From the NCBI GenBank assembly GCA_002269645.1, contig NIVC01000686.1, positions 81,968 through 145,967 on the forward strand: 64,000 bases of DNA. The letters are read 5' to 3'. The DNA is from Macrostomum lignano. Taxonomy: Eukaryota. This document shows positions 26,865 through 40,540 of this stretch, piece after piece (within the stretch, counting starts at the first letter, position 1; each line of letters starts with the position of its first letter). Under the pieces are notes generated by a model. It made no database searches, had not been told where the DNA came from, and saw only the letters and a list, made by a program, of their open reading frames with translations. The position numbers and the translations under genes are program-made.

Positions 26865-28404
26865 CTGTGGGAGCGAAAGGGAAGGGCATCTGGCTTTAAC
26901 TATGGGTTAGATGACGAGGCATTTGTCTATTCTGGGATGGGTATTTTCAATTCGACTCTCGAATCTGGGTAATTTTAACTATAAAGTGAAGTACCCAGTA
27001 CTGCGGGGAGAGTGAAAGACAGTATTTGTCTTTAACCATATTTATGCATTTAGCTAATGTAAAAATCACCTATCTGAGCACGGATTCCTTTATTCTTTAG
27101 GTTTGGGTGGCTACCTCTGATTCTACGATGCATTGCTACACAATATGACGATGTACGAGTACCATAGAGCCGTAAACAAATCCAAATGGTCTGTAGCAAA
27201 TAAAAAGTGAACAACCAAAAATCGAGAGCTCCCTGCGCAAAGCTCGTCATAAGGACCTTGGAGACCACTGCCAGAAAAAATATAGATGAGCACAAAGTGT
27301 CTGGACAGGGAGGTAAGCGGCAATTCAACTCTGGAACTCTATTTTGATTGCTCCGCCGACTTTACCAACCGAATGTGTAGTGCTGCAACAGGACCCGGGC
27401 AAGCGGCGAAATGAAAGATGGAAGCGTTCGCAAGTCTCTGGTTAGGGTAGAAAATTGAGCTAGATTGGAACTGGTTCGTTTCCCCCGTTTCATTTCTCCA
27501 GCCACTCAAGTCCGGATGCTGCGGCACTTCACGGCCCAACTAACTCTGTGGCCAGTTGATTTAATAAGCCTGGACCAGAGTTGACTGCAGTTCCGAGGAA
27601 AACACGTCGCAATTAGGATAATGAAGATGGCTAGAAAGTGACCGATAGCATGTCTGTACTGTACTATTTTGTTTGCTTGCTGTCGCGGCCCAAGCGAATA
27701 GATTGGAGGAGCTTACTGGCACGGATTAGCCCGACATGACGGAGGCTATTGCGAGTATCCGTCAGGGAAGACTGACTGCCACCGGGGAAGGATAGTCAGT
27801 GAAGTAGAGGCCGAGCAAGAGAGATAGATATTGCGCATATACAGCCAGCTCTGATAAACTTATTGGCACACTGCGGGCTAGGACCATGGAATAGCTTCTT
27901 CTAGTTCGCTTTAGCTAGAGCTGCCAGCCTCTCACTCTGCATTTCGCTCTTATTCTCGTCTCTTGAGCTAGTTGAGTCCATTCTAGGTCAGACTGATTAG
28001 GAGGCAAATTCAATTCTGAGCCCCTCTCCTCTGTTCTCATTCTCCTGTCCCTAATTTATCTCTCTCACTCTCGCCGTTACCCCACTGAAGGGGGCGGCGA
28101 CAGACATTTTGCCGAGAGCTGATCTACAAGACATCGAAGGGACGGAGGGCTGTACAGGCGCCAGTCAGCTGTTCCTCCCCCGACTTTCCCTGTCACAATG
28201 CATATCTATCAGAACTCCGGTTATCTACTGTGCCCAGAGTTTGAGCACGTGTGACACGGACAGAAAGCTACATACTAGGAGCCACGGCGCTCAGAAGGTC
28301 GACAGGCGGAAACTGGAACCGACAGAAAGTATTTTGTAAAATAGAAAGAAGACTATACCACTATATATATAAATATATAATAGAAAAATAGACGAAAACA
28401 AAGA

Positions 28405-28749
<345 letters not shown>

Positions 28750-29569
28750 TGAAACCAAGATAGACAGAAAACGGAAACAAGAAAATGGAAGAGGACAGCA
28801 TAGATTTTAGCGCTCCGAAAAGGCAAAGCGAGACTGACATTCCAGTAAAGCTGGGAGAGCTTCGGAGACCCTAAGCAAACTGGATCTCGAACCAAATTTG
28901 ATGAAGCCTCTCTCCTCTCGAACTCAGATCATCCGCGTGTTGCCGGCTCGATCTCCTCCAATATTGGGAAAGAGAGAGTGGGGATCAGAAACAGGAATAG
29001 GGGAGAGGCAGAGCGCCAGGCGGTCGCATTAAAACAAGTTCCCGTTCTCCTTCCTTTCCACCTCGCAGCTACCCGCACAACAAGGATTCTGAAATCCCCG
29101 AGTGCGCCATAAAATCCCGATCGCCGACGCTCCCTTCGGCTGGGGGTGTTATCGATTTCCTTCCAGCCCGGTCTCAAAATCGGAAAAGGGGATAACAACG
29201 CGCTCATTTTATAGCGAGGCGAATCCTCTCTCTGTTCGGTCCAACGCCTGACCTGTACAGGCGGGTGGGTTTTAAAATTTCATAATTCATATCCTCATTA
29301 AACCAAGCTAGCTCTGTCGGGTTTCCCATTATTCGAAACATGCTTCTTATCATTGATATGCACTTGGAGTCCTAGGAGCCAATCGTTAGATCACTAGCTA
29401 GCAGGAATCTTATAAAAGCCTTCATCTCTCTGTCTCACTGAACTGAGGTTCAGCCCTAATGCTCTAATTAAGATAAGCGAATCCGCATCAGGAAGTATCA
29501 CGCTGATGCTGCTGCCCGCTCACAGTGACTGGGATCAGAGGCGGCAGGAAAGGGGACGCGGGCGGAGAG

Positions 29570-29950
29570 CGGAGACAGAAAGAGACTGGAGACAGAGGAA
29601 GAGGGAGACAGGGGAGAGGGGAGAGGGAGACAAGTGAGAAGTGAGAGGGAGACAGGGGAGGGGGAACAAGGCGAGAGGGAGACAGCGACAGTGGGAGACA
29701 GGGGGAGAGGGAGTTGGGGGGAGAGAGAGACAGAGGAAGAGGGACAGAGGGAGAGGGAGACGGTGGAAGAGGGAGTTGGGATGGAGAGGGAGACAGAGGA
29801 AGATGGAGACAGGGAAATAGGGAGACAGGGGGAGAGGGAGACGGGGGAGAGGGAGACAGAGTAAGAGGGAGCCACGTGAGAGGGAGACTGGGGAGAGGGA
29901 GACAAAAGAGGGCGATAGCAGGAGAGAGGAGACATGGGAGAGGAGAGACT
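29570..29950. repeat. GA-rich low-complexity tract
   Basis: Read directly. Confidence 0.85.
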
Positions 29951-31535
29951 TGATAGAGAAAGCTTTGGTCAAAACAGAGAGTGCTTTACTTTATTTTATG
30001 CTTTCTCAACAAGACGTCAAAATGTCAAATTACGAGTTTGTCAAAATGTCAAACTATTTGAACCCAATTATAAAGCTGTTGGGTTTTGCACATACCGTGC
30101 TGGGTAATTAACTATTTTTTCAACCAGCTCAAACAGCAAGTGCTTTCTTCGCTGTCACCCCCAACTTGTGATTTGAACAATTGACTCTCAGGGCCATAAA
30201 ACCCGGACTTTTCTTTCAGCCCTCCCTCTTCTCCCTTCTCTCCCCTCCTCACGCCACTGAGCAGTTTGCTCCAGATTCTGGCGCAGCCCTGTGCCCGTGG
30301 CTAAGCTCGCATGCTTCTTCCACGGCATCTCGATAGCATCTACTCGTATAGCTCAATAGCCTATTATATATTTGTACGATTATTATTAGGAATCTATAGT
30401 AAGTGGATTCTTTGAAATGGGATATCGTGGCTTCTACGCTGGAGAGGAAATCGAGAGAGAGAAAGAGGGAATCAGAGGGAGGGAGAGTGAGACGATTTCT
30501 CCCTCACAGTAAAAAGGATCAATTGCAGCAATAATAAGGGAACTGCCTGCCGCTACAAAACGATCGAAGCATAGCAGTGGTTGGTCGCCCTCTGCCTTTC
30601 TCTCCCCACTCCTAGAAGCAGCAATGGCAAAGCGTTCGGGCATGCAGTATTATATGAGCGCAATTATAAAAGTTCAGCCTGAAACGCTGATGGCCCATTA
30701 AAAACATCTGATCTGACCTCCCGCAGGCCGCCCTGCAGTGTACATGTACGTAAGGTCACGCCTAGTGAAACCTGTTCTAACAGAACAGACTGCCAGACAG
30801 AAGGCGTCAAGTGGATTTGATAAGAACTGCGCTTCGGTAGGCCTAAGAAGAGATAACGAGGTGCCGGGCCCGCTGTTTTTTCTTTGCCTCGATTAGAAGA
30901 AAAACACGCGCGCCATTTCCGCGCCACAGCGGGCTCGCGTCCGTCCATCACGAGCTTACGAATGAAGCGCAGCGGAGATGCCTGGATTCCGGGGGGAAAT
31001 AGCTGGCAAATTGGGATCCACTGCGTTAAAGCTGTCAGTTCGCAGTTCGAGTGGCCTGGCTAGGCCGCCTGGCCCCGGTAAGGGGGGGGGTAGGGCGACG
31101 AGAGATGAGGGATAAATAAGAGACAGGGGCTGCAGCCGAACGGGTTTCCCTTCTTCCTGAGGCTCTCTCCCGGACGGAATCAATTAATTCCATTGAAAGA
31201 TTTACGGTTGAAGCGGAGCAGGAAAGTAGGTCTTGTAGGTAGCCAGCGAATGCCGAACCCCCCCCCCCAGCTGGTCCCAGCGCTGCATCGCAATTCGTGG
31301 ATTCTGTGGAGCTTTGCTGCTCTTTTCAGCTTGTGCTTCGCTGAACCCGGCTTTGGCATTCAGTTTTATGCCGCTAATCCGATTATTTTGAACCGTTCGG
31401 CGCAGATGGGCAATCAATTTTCGATTTTTCTCTTTAGCTAATCTGTAGTTTTTCTTTTTAATTGCTTTTTACTTTGTTTAACTGCTCGTCTCTTGGCTAC
31501 GACGATATAAATCATTATTCTGCCTTAGTGTCGGA

Positions 31536-31536
31536 G

Positions 31537-31592
<56 letters not shown>
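31536..31592. repeat. (GTCT)n microsatellite
   Basis: Read directly. Confidence 0.95.
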
Positions 31593-31593
<1 letters not shown>

Positions 31594-31982
31594 GGATTTT
31601 CTGCCATGCCATTTACAGCAGATTTGTTTTTTGCGAATCCTTTCATCATCGCAAGCTTTGCCGGCTTTTCCATCTTACTTTTCGTCTTTAATTATGACAG
31701 AGCAGCAGTGAGTGTCCCCTGTTTCTGCTTGTGCAGTCCGAGACTTTTTTACTCGTTCTGTCTTCTTCGCCGCTGGGAAAATCGAAGCGCATGCTAGCTC
31801 GTTAGTAATTAAGGGATCGGTTAGCTGGAGACGCGCCCCGCCCCATAGGCCACCTGCCTGCGGATTTCGTCGATTCTCTCTTGAAATTTCAGCTTGATGC
31901 AACTAAGATAGACGGCATACGGCATGCTGCATTTAAGGTGATTCGTATTTACAAACAAAGTTTGATTACATTTACCTGCAGA

Positions 31983-33435
31983 TACAAGATGAAATGAAGC
32001 TTTCGAAGCGTTGTGGTGTCAAATTTGAAGCAAAACGGGAACTTTAATGACATTGCTGTTATGAGTTTTGATTAAACTAGGACTTTTAGAGCTCTGTGAT
32101 AGATTGGATTCGATTTCTAGGAAATGTAAGAAGGTTTGCTCGATTTCTAGGAATTTATAGACGGACTGGAGTCAATTTCCAGTAGATAAGACAGAATCGA
32201 TTAGATTTCTTGGAATTGAGGTATAATGGGTTAGATTTCTAGGAATTCAGGTATAATGAATTAGATTTCTTGGAATTGAGGTAGAATGGATTAGATTTCT
32301 AGGAATTGAGGTATAATGGATTAGATTTCTTGGAATTGAGGTAGAATGGATTAGATTTCTTGGAATTGAGGTAGAATGGATTAGATTTCTAGAAATTGAG
32401 GTATAATGGATTAGATTTCTTAGAATTGAGGTAGAATGGGTAAGATTTCTAGGAATTAAGGTATAATGGATTAGATTTCTTGGAATTGAGGTATAATGGA
32501 TTAGATTTCTAGAAATTGAGGTAGAATGGATTAGATTTCTTAGAATTGAGGTAGAATGGGTTAGATTTCTAGGAATTACGGTATAATGGATTAGATTTCT
32601 AGGAATTGAGGTATAATGGATTAGATTTCTTGGAATTGAGGTAGAATGGATTAGATTTCTTGGAATTGAGGTAGAATGGATTAGATTTCTAGAAATTGAG
32701 GTATAATGGATTAGATTTCTTGGAATTGAGGTAGAATGGATTAGATTTCTTAGAATTGAGGTAGAATGGGTTAGATTTCTAGGAATTAAGGTATAATGGA
32801 TTAGATTTCTTGGAATTGAGGTATAAAGGATTAGATTTCTTGGAATTGAGGTATATTGGATTAGAGTTCTAGGAATTGATGTATAATGGATTCAATTTCT
32901 TGGAATTGAAGTATAATGGATTCAATTTCTTGGAATTGAAGTATAATGGATTAAATTTCTGGGAATTGCGGTACAATAATTTTAATTTTTATTGCGGTAC
33001 AAGATAAAATGAAGCTTTCGAAGCGTTGTGGTGTCAAATTTGAAGCAAAAAGGAAACTTTAATGACATTGCTGTTATGAGTTTTGATTAAACTAGGAATT
33101 TTAGAGCTCTGTGATAGACTGGATTCGATTTCTATAATGTAAGAAGGTTTTGCTCGATTTCTAGGAATTTATAGACGGACTGGAGTCAATTTCCAGTAGA
33201 TAAGACAGAATCGATTAGATTTCTAGGAATTGAGGTAGAATGGATTAGATTTCTTGGAATTAAGGTATAATGGACTAGAGGTCTAGGAATTGAGGTGTAA
33301 TGGATTAGATTTCATGGAATTGAGGTAGAATGGATTAGAGTTCTTAGAATTGAGGTATAATGGATTAGATTTCTTGGAATTGAGGTAGAATAGGTTAGAT
33401 TTCTAGGAATTGCGGTAGAATGGGTTAGACTTCTA
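31983..33435. repeat. 30-bp minisatellite (ggattagatttcttggaattgaggtataat)n within a partial duplication offset by about 1015 bp
   Basis: A unique block of about 230 bp starts at 31983 and again at 32998, each followed by the 30-bp array. Confidence 0.92.
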
Positions 33436-33530
33436 AGGCAGAGGAAGGCAGAGGAAGTGTTGTCGAAGAATGGAGGTCAGCTGCAGACTTCTTAGAAAAC
33501 AATGAAACGCATCGGTCGGTCTCCCCTCAC

Positions 33531-34181
33531 CTCAAACGGATACCAAGTGAGATTGATCTTAGTCAGATCGTAAGTTCTCGATCCGAACTCCAGCGAGCAA
33601 GTCTGCGTATCGAACGGGAAGTACTTGATCTCGATCTCGCAGGTGCTCTTGAACAGGCTCTGTGGCACCCACAGCACGCTTCCATCCTGATAGACCACAA
33701 TCCGAGCCGTGCGCTTCTCCTTTAGTCGGGTGTCCGCAAAGTTGAACAGCCGGATATCCGGAGTCCACACGTCCTCCGGGTTGAGTCGCAGCTGGGTGAT
33801 GTTCTCGAAGCTTTTCCACTCGCGAGCCTCCTCGGTGCCGTTCCAGGTCCAGTTCAGCAGCGGGTCCTGCCAGGCGTAGCGCATCCAGCAGTTGGTGCGC
33901 AGGAACTGCCGGTTTTCGTCCAGGTCGAGGATCTGGATGATCGCCAGCCCGAACTGGATGGTCATCAGGTCGGAGGCCTTGACCACGGGCCTCCCAACGA
34001 TGCCGGTCTCATTATACCGATGGAGCAGCGTCTTGATCAGCTTCTTCTCCAGCGACCGGTTCCGCATGCTGGAGCGGCCGTAGACCGCTGGCTGGACGGT
34101 GGTAGTGTCGGATTCGGCGGCGAGAATGGCGAAGGCTACGGCGAGCGCCGCTGCGACGCCGCCCAGTTGTGGCGGCCGCAT
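33531..34181 (-). CDS. nAChR-like Cys-loop channel exon 1 (signal peptide and most of the extracellular domain)
   Basis: Hydrophobic signal-like N-terminus, WTPDI, Cys-loop CEIEIKYFPFDTQTC, donor GAG|gtgagg; 651 nt. The three exons total 1680 nt = 559 aa plus stop. Confidence 0.95.
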
Positions 34182-34769
34182 CCTGTCTGAGGGAAGGAGG
34201 GGAGTATTGGGAATCGCAGAAGCGGCAGCAGCGGCTTTCGCCGAGGATTTCGCTTTGGCTTGAGGAGGCAGAGGTTGGGAACTGGAGTGGACTGGCTGGG
34301 GGGTAGGCCAGCATCGGTTCGGAGGGCCAATGGTGCGCTGGCTAGCTGCCTAGCTCGTAGCAGCTCTCCCTGGCCCTGTCAGAGGAAGTCACGAAATGTG
34401 TGGGGCTGTTCCCACCCCCCTCTAATTTTCCCATTCCCTTTCTGGCTCAAATCCTCGTTCTCTGGATTCTTACAAATTCTTACTTTTCAAGGCTAGGCGA
34501 AAAAAACAACTTTTCTTTGAGGCCAACGGGTTTACTTCACAATGGCACCGATGAGGGGTAGGTGTTGGGTCTAGGACTCTAGTGGCAGCTGGAGCGTGGA
34601 TTAGGAGGCAAGGAAATCTTGGACTAGAGCTTGGAGTACTCGAACGAACCCTTCAGCTAGCTCTCATTGTCATTCTGAGTCTGAATGCAGCAGTTTTCCA
34701 GTTTACACAGTGCGGATAGGTCAGCGCCGCGCCCCCTTATTTATTAAGAGAAACAATAGAGTGACATTG

Positions 34770-35990
34770 GGAGTGAGTCATCTAGGGTGAGAATAGGGAG
34801 TGAGAGATCTAGGGCGAGAATAGGGAATGAGAGATCTAGGGTGAGAATAGGGAGTGAGAGATCTAGGGTGAGAATAGGGAGTGAGAGATCTAGAGTGAGA
34901 ATAGGGAGTGAGAGATCTAGGTCGAGAATATAGGGAGTGACAAAGCTAGGGCGAGAATAGGGAGTGAGAGATCTAGGGCGAGAATAGGGAGTGAGAGATC
35001 TAGGGTGAGAATGGGGAGTGAGAGATCTAGGGTGAGAATAGGGAGTGAGAGATCTTGGGTGAGAATAGGGAGTGAGAGATCGAGAGTGAGAATAGGGAGT
35101 GAGAGATCGAGAGTGAGAATAGGGAGTGAGAGATCTAGGGTGAGAATAGGGAGTGAGAGATCTAGGGTGAGAATAGGGAGTGGGAGATCTAGGGTGAGAA
35201 TATAGAGTGAGAGATCTAGGGTGAGAATAGGGAGTGGGAGATCTAGGGTGAGAATAGGGAGTGGGAGATCTAGGGTGAGAATAGGGAGTGGGAGATCTAG
35301 GGTGAGAATAGGGAGTGGGAAATCTAGGGTGAGAATAGGGAGTGGGAAATCTAGGGTGAGAATAGGGAGTGAGAGATCTAGGGTGAGAATATAGAGTGAG
35401 AGATCTAGGGTGAGAATAGGGAGTGAGAGATCTAGGGTGAGAATAGGGAGTGGGAGATCTAGGGTGAGAATAGGGAGTGGGAGATCTAGGGTGAGAATAT
35501 AGAGTGAGAGATCTAGGGTGAGAATAGGGAGTGGGAGATCTAGGGTGAGAATAGGGAGTGGGAGATCTAGGGTGAGAATATAGAGTGAGAGATCTAGGGT
35601 GAGAATAGGGAGTGAGAGATATAGAGTGAGAATAGGGAGTGAGAGATCGAGAGTGAGAATGGGGAGTGAGAGATCTAGAGTGAGAATGGGGAGTGAGAGA
35701 TCTAGGGTGAGAATAGGGAGTGAGAGATCTAGGGCGAGAATAGGGAGTGAGAGATATAGAGTGAGAATAGGGAGTGAGAGATCGAGAGTGAGAATGGGGA
35801 GTGAGAGATCTAGAGTGAGAATGGGGAGTGAGAGATCTAGGGTGAGAATAGGGAGTGAGAGATCTAGGGCGAGAATATAGGGAGGGAGAGATCTAGGAGG
35901 AGAATAGAGAGAGTGTGTAAAGGGATCTAGGGTGAGATTCTAATGATAAGAGAGAGTAAAGAGATCTAGGGTGAGATTAGGGAGTGAGAG
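34770..35990. repeat. 27-bp minisatellite (gggtgagaatagggagtgagagatcta)n
   Basis: Read directly; source of the VRIGSERSR ORFs. Confidence 0.96.
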
Positions 35991-36614
35991 TTAAGGAGCA
36001 GTGAAATGGAACAGGCCAAGAATATACCAGAGTCTGTTACTACGAGAATAGGCATGACAGATAAAAGTGCAAATGCAGGGACTCGGCTGCAGAGGGGACG
36101 CAAACGAATTGCAAATTGCTGATTAAAAGAATTCCCAAGGATGCCAGTCTGTCTATAGATCAGACTGGTCTTAGGAGAACAAAGAAATGCGTCTTATCCA
36201 GAAGAGTTAAGTCACGGATATCAATGAGAATAGCGCTGACTATGGGAGCAGAGGCGGAGAAGGGAGATCTGGGGAGCTTAGCTTGCTCAGCTCAATCAGT
36301 CGGTCGGATCCCGCCGGCGGGGAAACCCACCAGAGCCAGTAGTCAATGTACTGAATTATGCATAGCGGTGCACCAGTAATGTGTAGTATATTATATATCT
36401 AAGCCGGGTTTTGCGGCTCAACGGGGCACCGCGCGGTTGCTGAGAGAATGGCAGATTATGCGGCTTTGATAGCAGTGCATGACTGCTCAGGAGGCTGGGA
36501 CTGATCGGCCTGTGCTGTACTGAAGATGAGCCGCGGTGGCCCCCCTAAAAAAGGCTGCGACGGTGGGAAGAGAGAGAGGCAGCGACAGACTGCAAGCAAG
36601 TAGTCAGAGTGAGG

Positions 36615-38575
36615 GGAAGGGAATCAGAGAGAGGAAGGGAACCCGAATAAGGGGAAGAGAATCAGAGTGAGAGGAAGGGAATCAGAGTGAGAGGAAGGGG
36701 ATCAGAGTGAGGGGAAGGGAATCAGAGTGAGAGGAAGGGAATCAGAGTGAGAGGAAGGGGATCAGAGTGAGAGGAGGGGAATCAGAGTGAGAGGAAGGGA
36801 ATCAGAGTGAGAGGAAGGGAATCAGAGCAAGGGGAAGGGAATCAGAGTGAGAGGAAGGGAATCAGAGTGAGAGGAAGGGGATCAGAGTGAGAGGAGGGGA
36901 ATCAGAGTGAGAGGAAGGGAATCAGAGTGAGAGGAAGGGAATCAGAGTGAGGGGAAGGGAATCAGAGTGAGAGGAAGGGAATCAGAGTAAGGGGAAGGGA
37001 ATCAGAGTGAGAGGAAGGGAATCAGAGTGAGAGGAAGGGGATCAGAGTGAGAGGAGGGGAATCAGAGTGAGAGGAAGGGAATCAGAGTGAGAGGAAGGGA
37101 ATCAGAGTGAGGGGAAGGGAATCAGAGTGAGAGGAAGGGAATCAGAGTGAGAGGAAGGGGATCAGAGTGAGAGGAGGGGAATCAGAGTGAGAGGAAGGGA
37201 ATCAGAGTGAGGGGAAGGGAATCAGAGTGAGAGGAAGGGAATCAGAGTGAGAGAAAGGGAATCAGAGTGAGAGGAGGGGAATCAGAGTGAGAGGAAGGGA
37301 ATCAGAGTGAGAGGAAGGGAATCAGAGTGAGAGGAAGGGAATCAGAGAGAGGAAGGGAACCCGAATAAGGGGAAGGGAATCAGAGTGAGAGGAAGGGGAT
37401 CAGAGTGAGAGGAAGGGAATCAGAGTGAGAGGAAGGGGATCAGAGTGAGAGGAAGGGAATCAGAGTGAGAGGAAGGGAATCAGAGTGAGAGGAAGGGGAT
37501 CAGAGTGAGAGGAAGGGAATCAGAGTGAGAGGAAGGGAATCAGAGTGAGAGGAGGGGAATCAGAGTGAGAGGAAGGGAATCAGAGTGAAAGGAAGGGAAT
37601 CAGAGTGAGAGCAATCGAATCAGAGTGAGAGGAAGGGGATCAGAGTGAGAGGAAGGGGATCAGAGTGAACGGAAGGGAATCAGAGTGAGGGGAAGGGAAT
37701 CAGAGTGAGAGGAGGGGAATCAGAGTGAGAGGAAGGGAATCAGAGTGAGAGGAAGGGAATCAGAGTGAGAGAAAGGGAATCAGAGTGAGAGGAAGGGGAT
37801 CAGAGTGAGAGAGAGGAGGGGAATCAGAGTGAGAGGAAGGGAATCAGAGTGAAAGGAAGGGAATCAGAGTGAGAGCAATCGAATCAGAGTGAGAGGAAGG
37901 GGATCAGAGTGAGAGGAAGGGAATCAGAGTGAGAGGAAGGGGATCAGAGTGAGAGGAAGGGAATCAGAGTGAGAGGAAGGGAATCAGAGTGAGAGCAATC
38001 GAATCAGAGTGAGAGGAAGGGGATCAGAGTGAGAGGAAGGGAATCAGAGTGAACGGAAGGGAATCAGAGTGAGAGGAAGGGCATCAGAGTGAACGGAAGG
38101 GAATCAGAGTGAGAGGAAGGGAATCAGAGTGAGAGGAAGGGAATCAGAGTGAGAGGAAGGGAATCAGAGTGAGAGGAAGGGGATCAGAGTGAGAGGAAGG
38201 GGATCAGAGTGAGAGGAAGGGTATCAGAGTGAACGGAAGGGAATCAGAGTGAGAGGAAGGGAATCAGAGTGAGAGGAAGGGAATCAGAGTGAACGGAAGG
38301 GAATCAGAGTGAGAGGAAGGGAATCAGAGTGAGAGGAAGGGAATCAGAGTGAGAGGAAGGGAATCAGAGTGAGAGGAAGGGAATCAGAGTGAGAGGAAGG
38401 GGATCAGAGTGAGAGGAAGGGGATCAGAGTGAGAGGAAGGGTATCAGAGTGAACGGAAGGGAATCAGAGTGAGAGGAAGGGGATCAGAGTGAGAGGAAGG
38501 GTATCAGAGTGAACGGAAGGGAATCAGAGTGAGAGGAAGGGAATCAGAGTGAGAGGAAGGGAATCAGAGTGAGAG
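36615..38575. repeat. 20-bp minisatellite (atcagagtgagaggaaggga)n
   Basis: About 95 copies. Confidence 0.97.
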
Positions 38576-38699
38576 AGAGATGAAGGGAGTCAGAGTGAAG
38601 GGAAGAGAATCAGGTAAGGAGAGAGTTGGCAGTAAGAGTGGAGATGCAGCGAGAGTGAGCAGCCAAGCTAGTTGGTGTGCCGCCCCGCAACGCAAACCA

Positions 38700-38990
38700 G
38701 ACGGTGGCAGCGGCTGCGCCGGAAGTGAATTTTTACTGCAGTGTTTGCGCAGAGCCGGGCGGGCGCGTCGGAGCGATGGCGGAAGCGGAGAGAACGGGCC
38801 TGCGCTGGTGGCCCCATAAAAATACAAATTTGCAGCGGGTGTTGACACAGAGTGACGGGTGCCAGTCTCAGAGCTCCGGTCTGAGTGAATGACTGAGTGC
38901 AGACAGGCAGGGAGAGCGCGAGCGGTTTGCTCGTGACATCAGGGGGCACTCCGAGAGGCAGTCACAGTGCTGGCCAATCAGTCATGCAGC
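38700..38990 (+). promoter_or_regulatory. CpG-rich promoter-like segment
   Basis: CCGGAAGTG (ETS-type) at 38719-38727, ATGGCG at 38776 and a CCAAT near 38975. No downstream gene was identified. Confidence 0.25.
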
Positions 38991-40444
38991 GGCCCAGCTA
39001 GCTCCATATATTGGATTGGATTGAGTGCCCCACTCTCTGTTTGATACTGCTGCTAGCCAATTCTAGGAAAAGCAGTGATTGATTGATCAACAGCAGAGCT
39101 CACGTGATTGTAACTTTGAGTATTCTAGCTAACAGCATAGATAGGTGCACTAGTAAGAAAAGAAGACTTACGGATGCATCATGGTCTGATAGTTTAATTT
39201 ATTAATCGATATGAAAACTGATATGAATAGGAAACGAGAAATAGATTATTCATATCAATTGGGACGGATTTTCGATTCACGCCATGCATTACGACGTGAG
39301 AAGGTCAGAGCCCTTTTACGAGCTAGTTCAGTTGCAGCCCGGGCTCGATTCCAAGTGCAGTCAACATTAATTTGGGGCTAAATTGGAATCTCGGCTTGGC
39401 TCTGCTTGTGCAATTAACACCCAGCTTGAGGACCAATCCTCAAGGCACAGTGAAGTGTACATGCCTAACGATAAATAACACTCCAGTGTGAGTGTGTGCC
39501 TGTGCGTATGACTGCATACGTATCCGCGCGCTTGTGTGCCTGCTCAGGGGAGTCGGTGGAATGGGCAGCAATGCCTCTCGCCGGTTGTGTGACAATGTCG
39601 CTTAAAGTGCGCTGGGGTGCACGCAGCCCCCCGACTCTAAAGAATCTCTGCCCTGCTGTGAACCCGGTGTACATGCAAGTGCGTACTCAGGGGTCAGTCA
39701 GCGAACGGGCCTGCACCTTTGCTGGCTGCCGCAGGTCGATTGTCGCCTTGAATTGCGCGGCAATGCCGAAGGAAGGAGTTTAAATTTAAACAGTGTTGAA
39801 CCATCAAAACACGAGCCGTACAAGCTGCCATCGAACTTGATTGTCACGCACGGACGGCAGACCCAGATCGCAGGTTTACTCTAGAAATTCTGCTATAGCC
39901 CCCACTCCACTGCGGTTCGGGAATTATAATAATAATTCACCTAGCTACGATCGAGCTGTCGAGTTGTGCGCGCGAACAACTCTCGATAGACGCCGCGAGC
40001 AAGCCCTGGGGACATCCAAGCACAGACGGGTGAGAAGGGGCTCGCTCAAGCGGATTTAGACTCGGGCGAACTGCCGTCAGTTTCTTTACGCAAAGCGGCT
40101 TGTCGATAGCTCAGAAGAGCTAATTAAATTTCCACTCGGCTTCTTCTTATCGGCTTACAGCCGGCCCAGCTAGATGAAAAATATGCGCATTACAGCGGAA
40201 TTCTGTTTGCTGTGCAAATTCACTATAATACTCTCTGGCCTGAATACTGCCAGCTGATTATTTCAGTTTATAAAGAAAAACCGCAAAAGAATGAACTTTA
40301 ACGATTGCTGGCGAGATACGAGTAATCGCCAGATACTGAGACACAGGCAGGAAGGCTTATTTAGGATATCCGTCTGAACTGCTCCAAATCTTTCGCCTGC
40401 ATAACATAGTGTCAGTTGCTTCCTTCCTGCAGTCTTGCTTGGCT

Positions 40445-40540
40445 TCAACTGCCTCCACTGACTCAGCTGCTTCCACTGCCTCAGCTGCTTCCACTGCCCC
40501 AGCTGCTTCCACTGCCCCAGCTGCTTCCATTGCCTCAGCT
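40445..40540. repeat. 18-bp repeat (gcttccactgcctcagct), about 5 copies
   Basis: Read directly; reads as AEAVEA repeats on the - strand. Confidence 0.8.
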
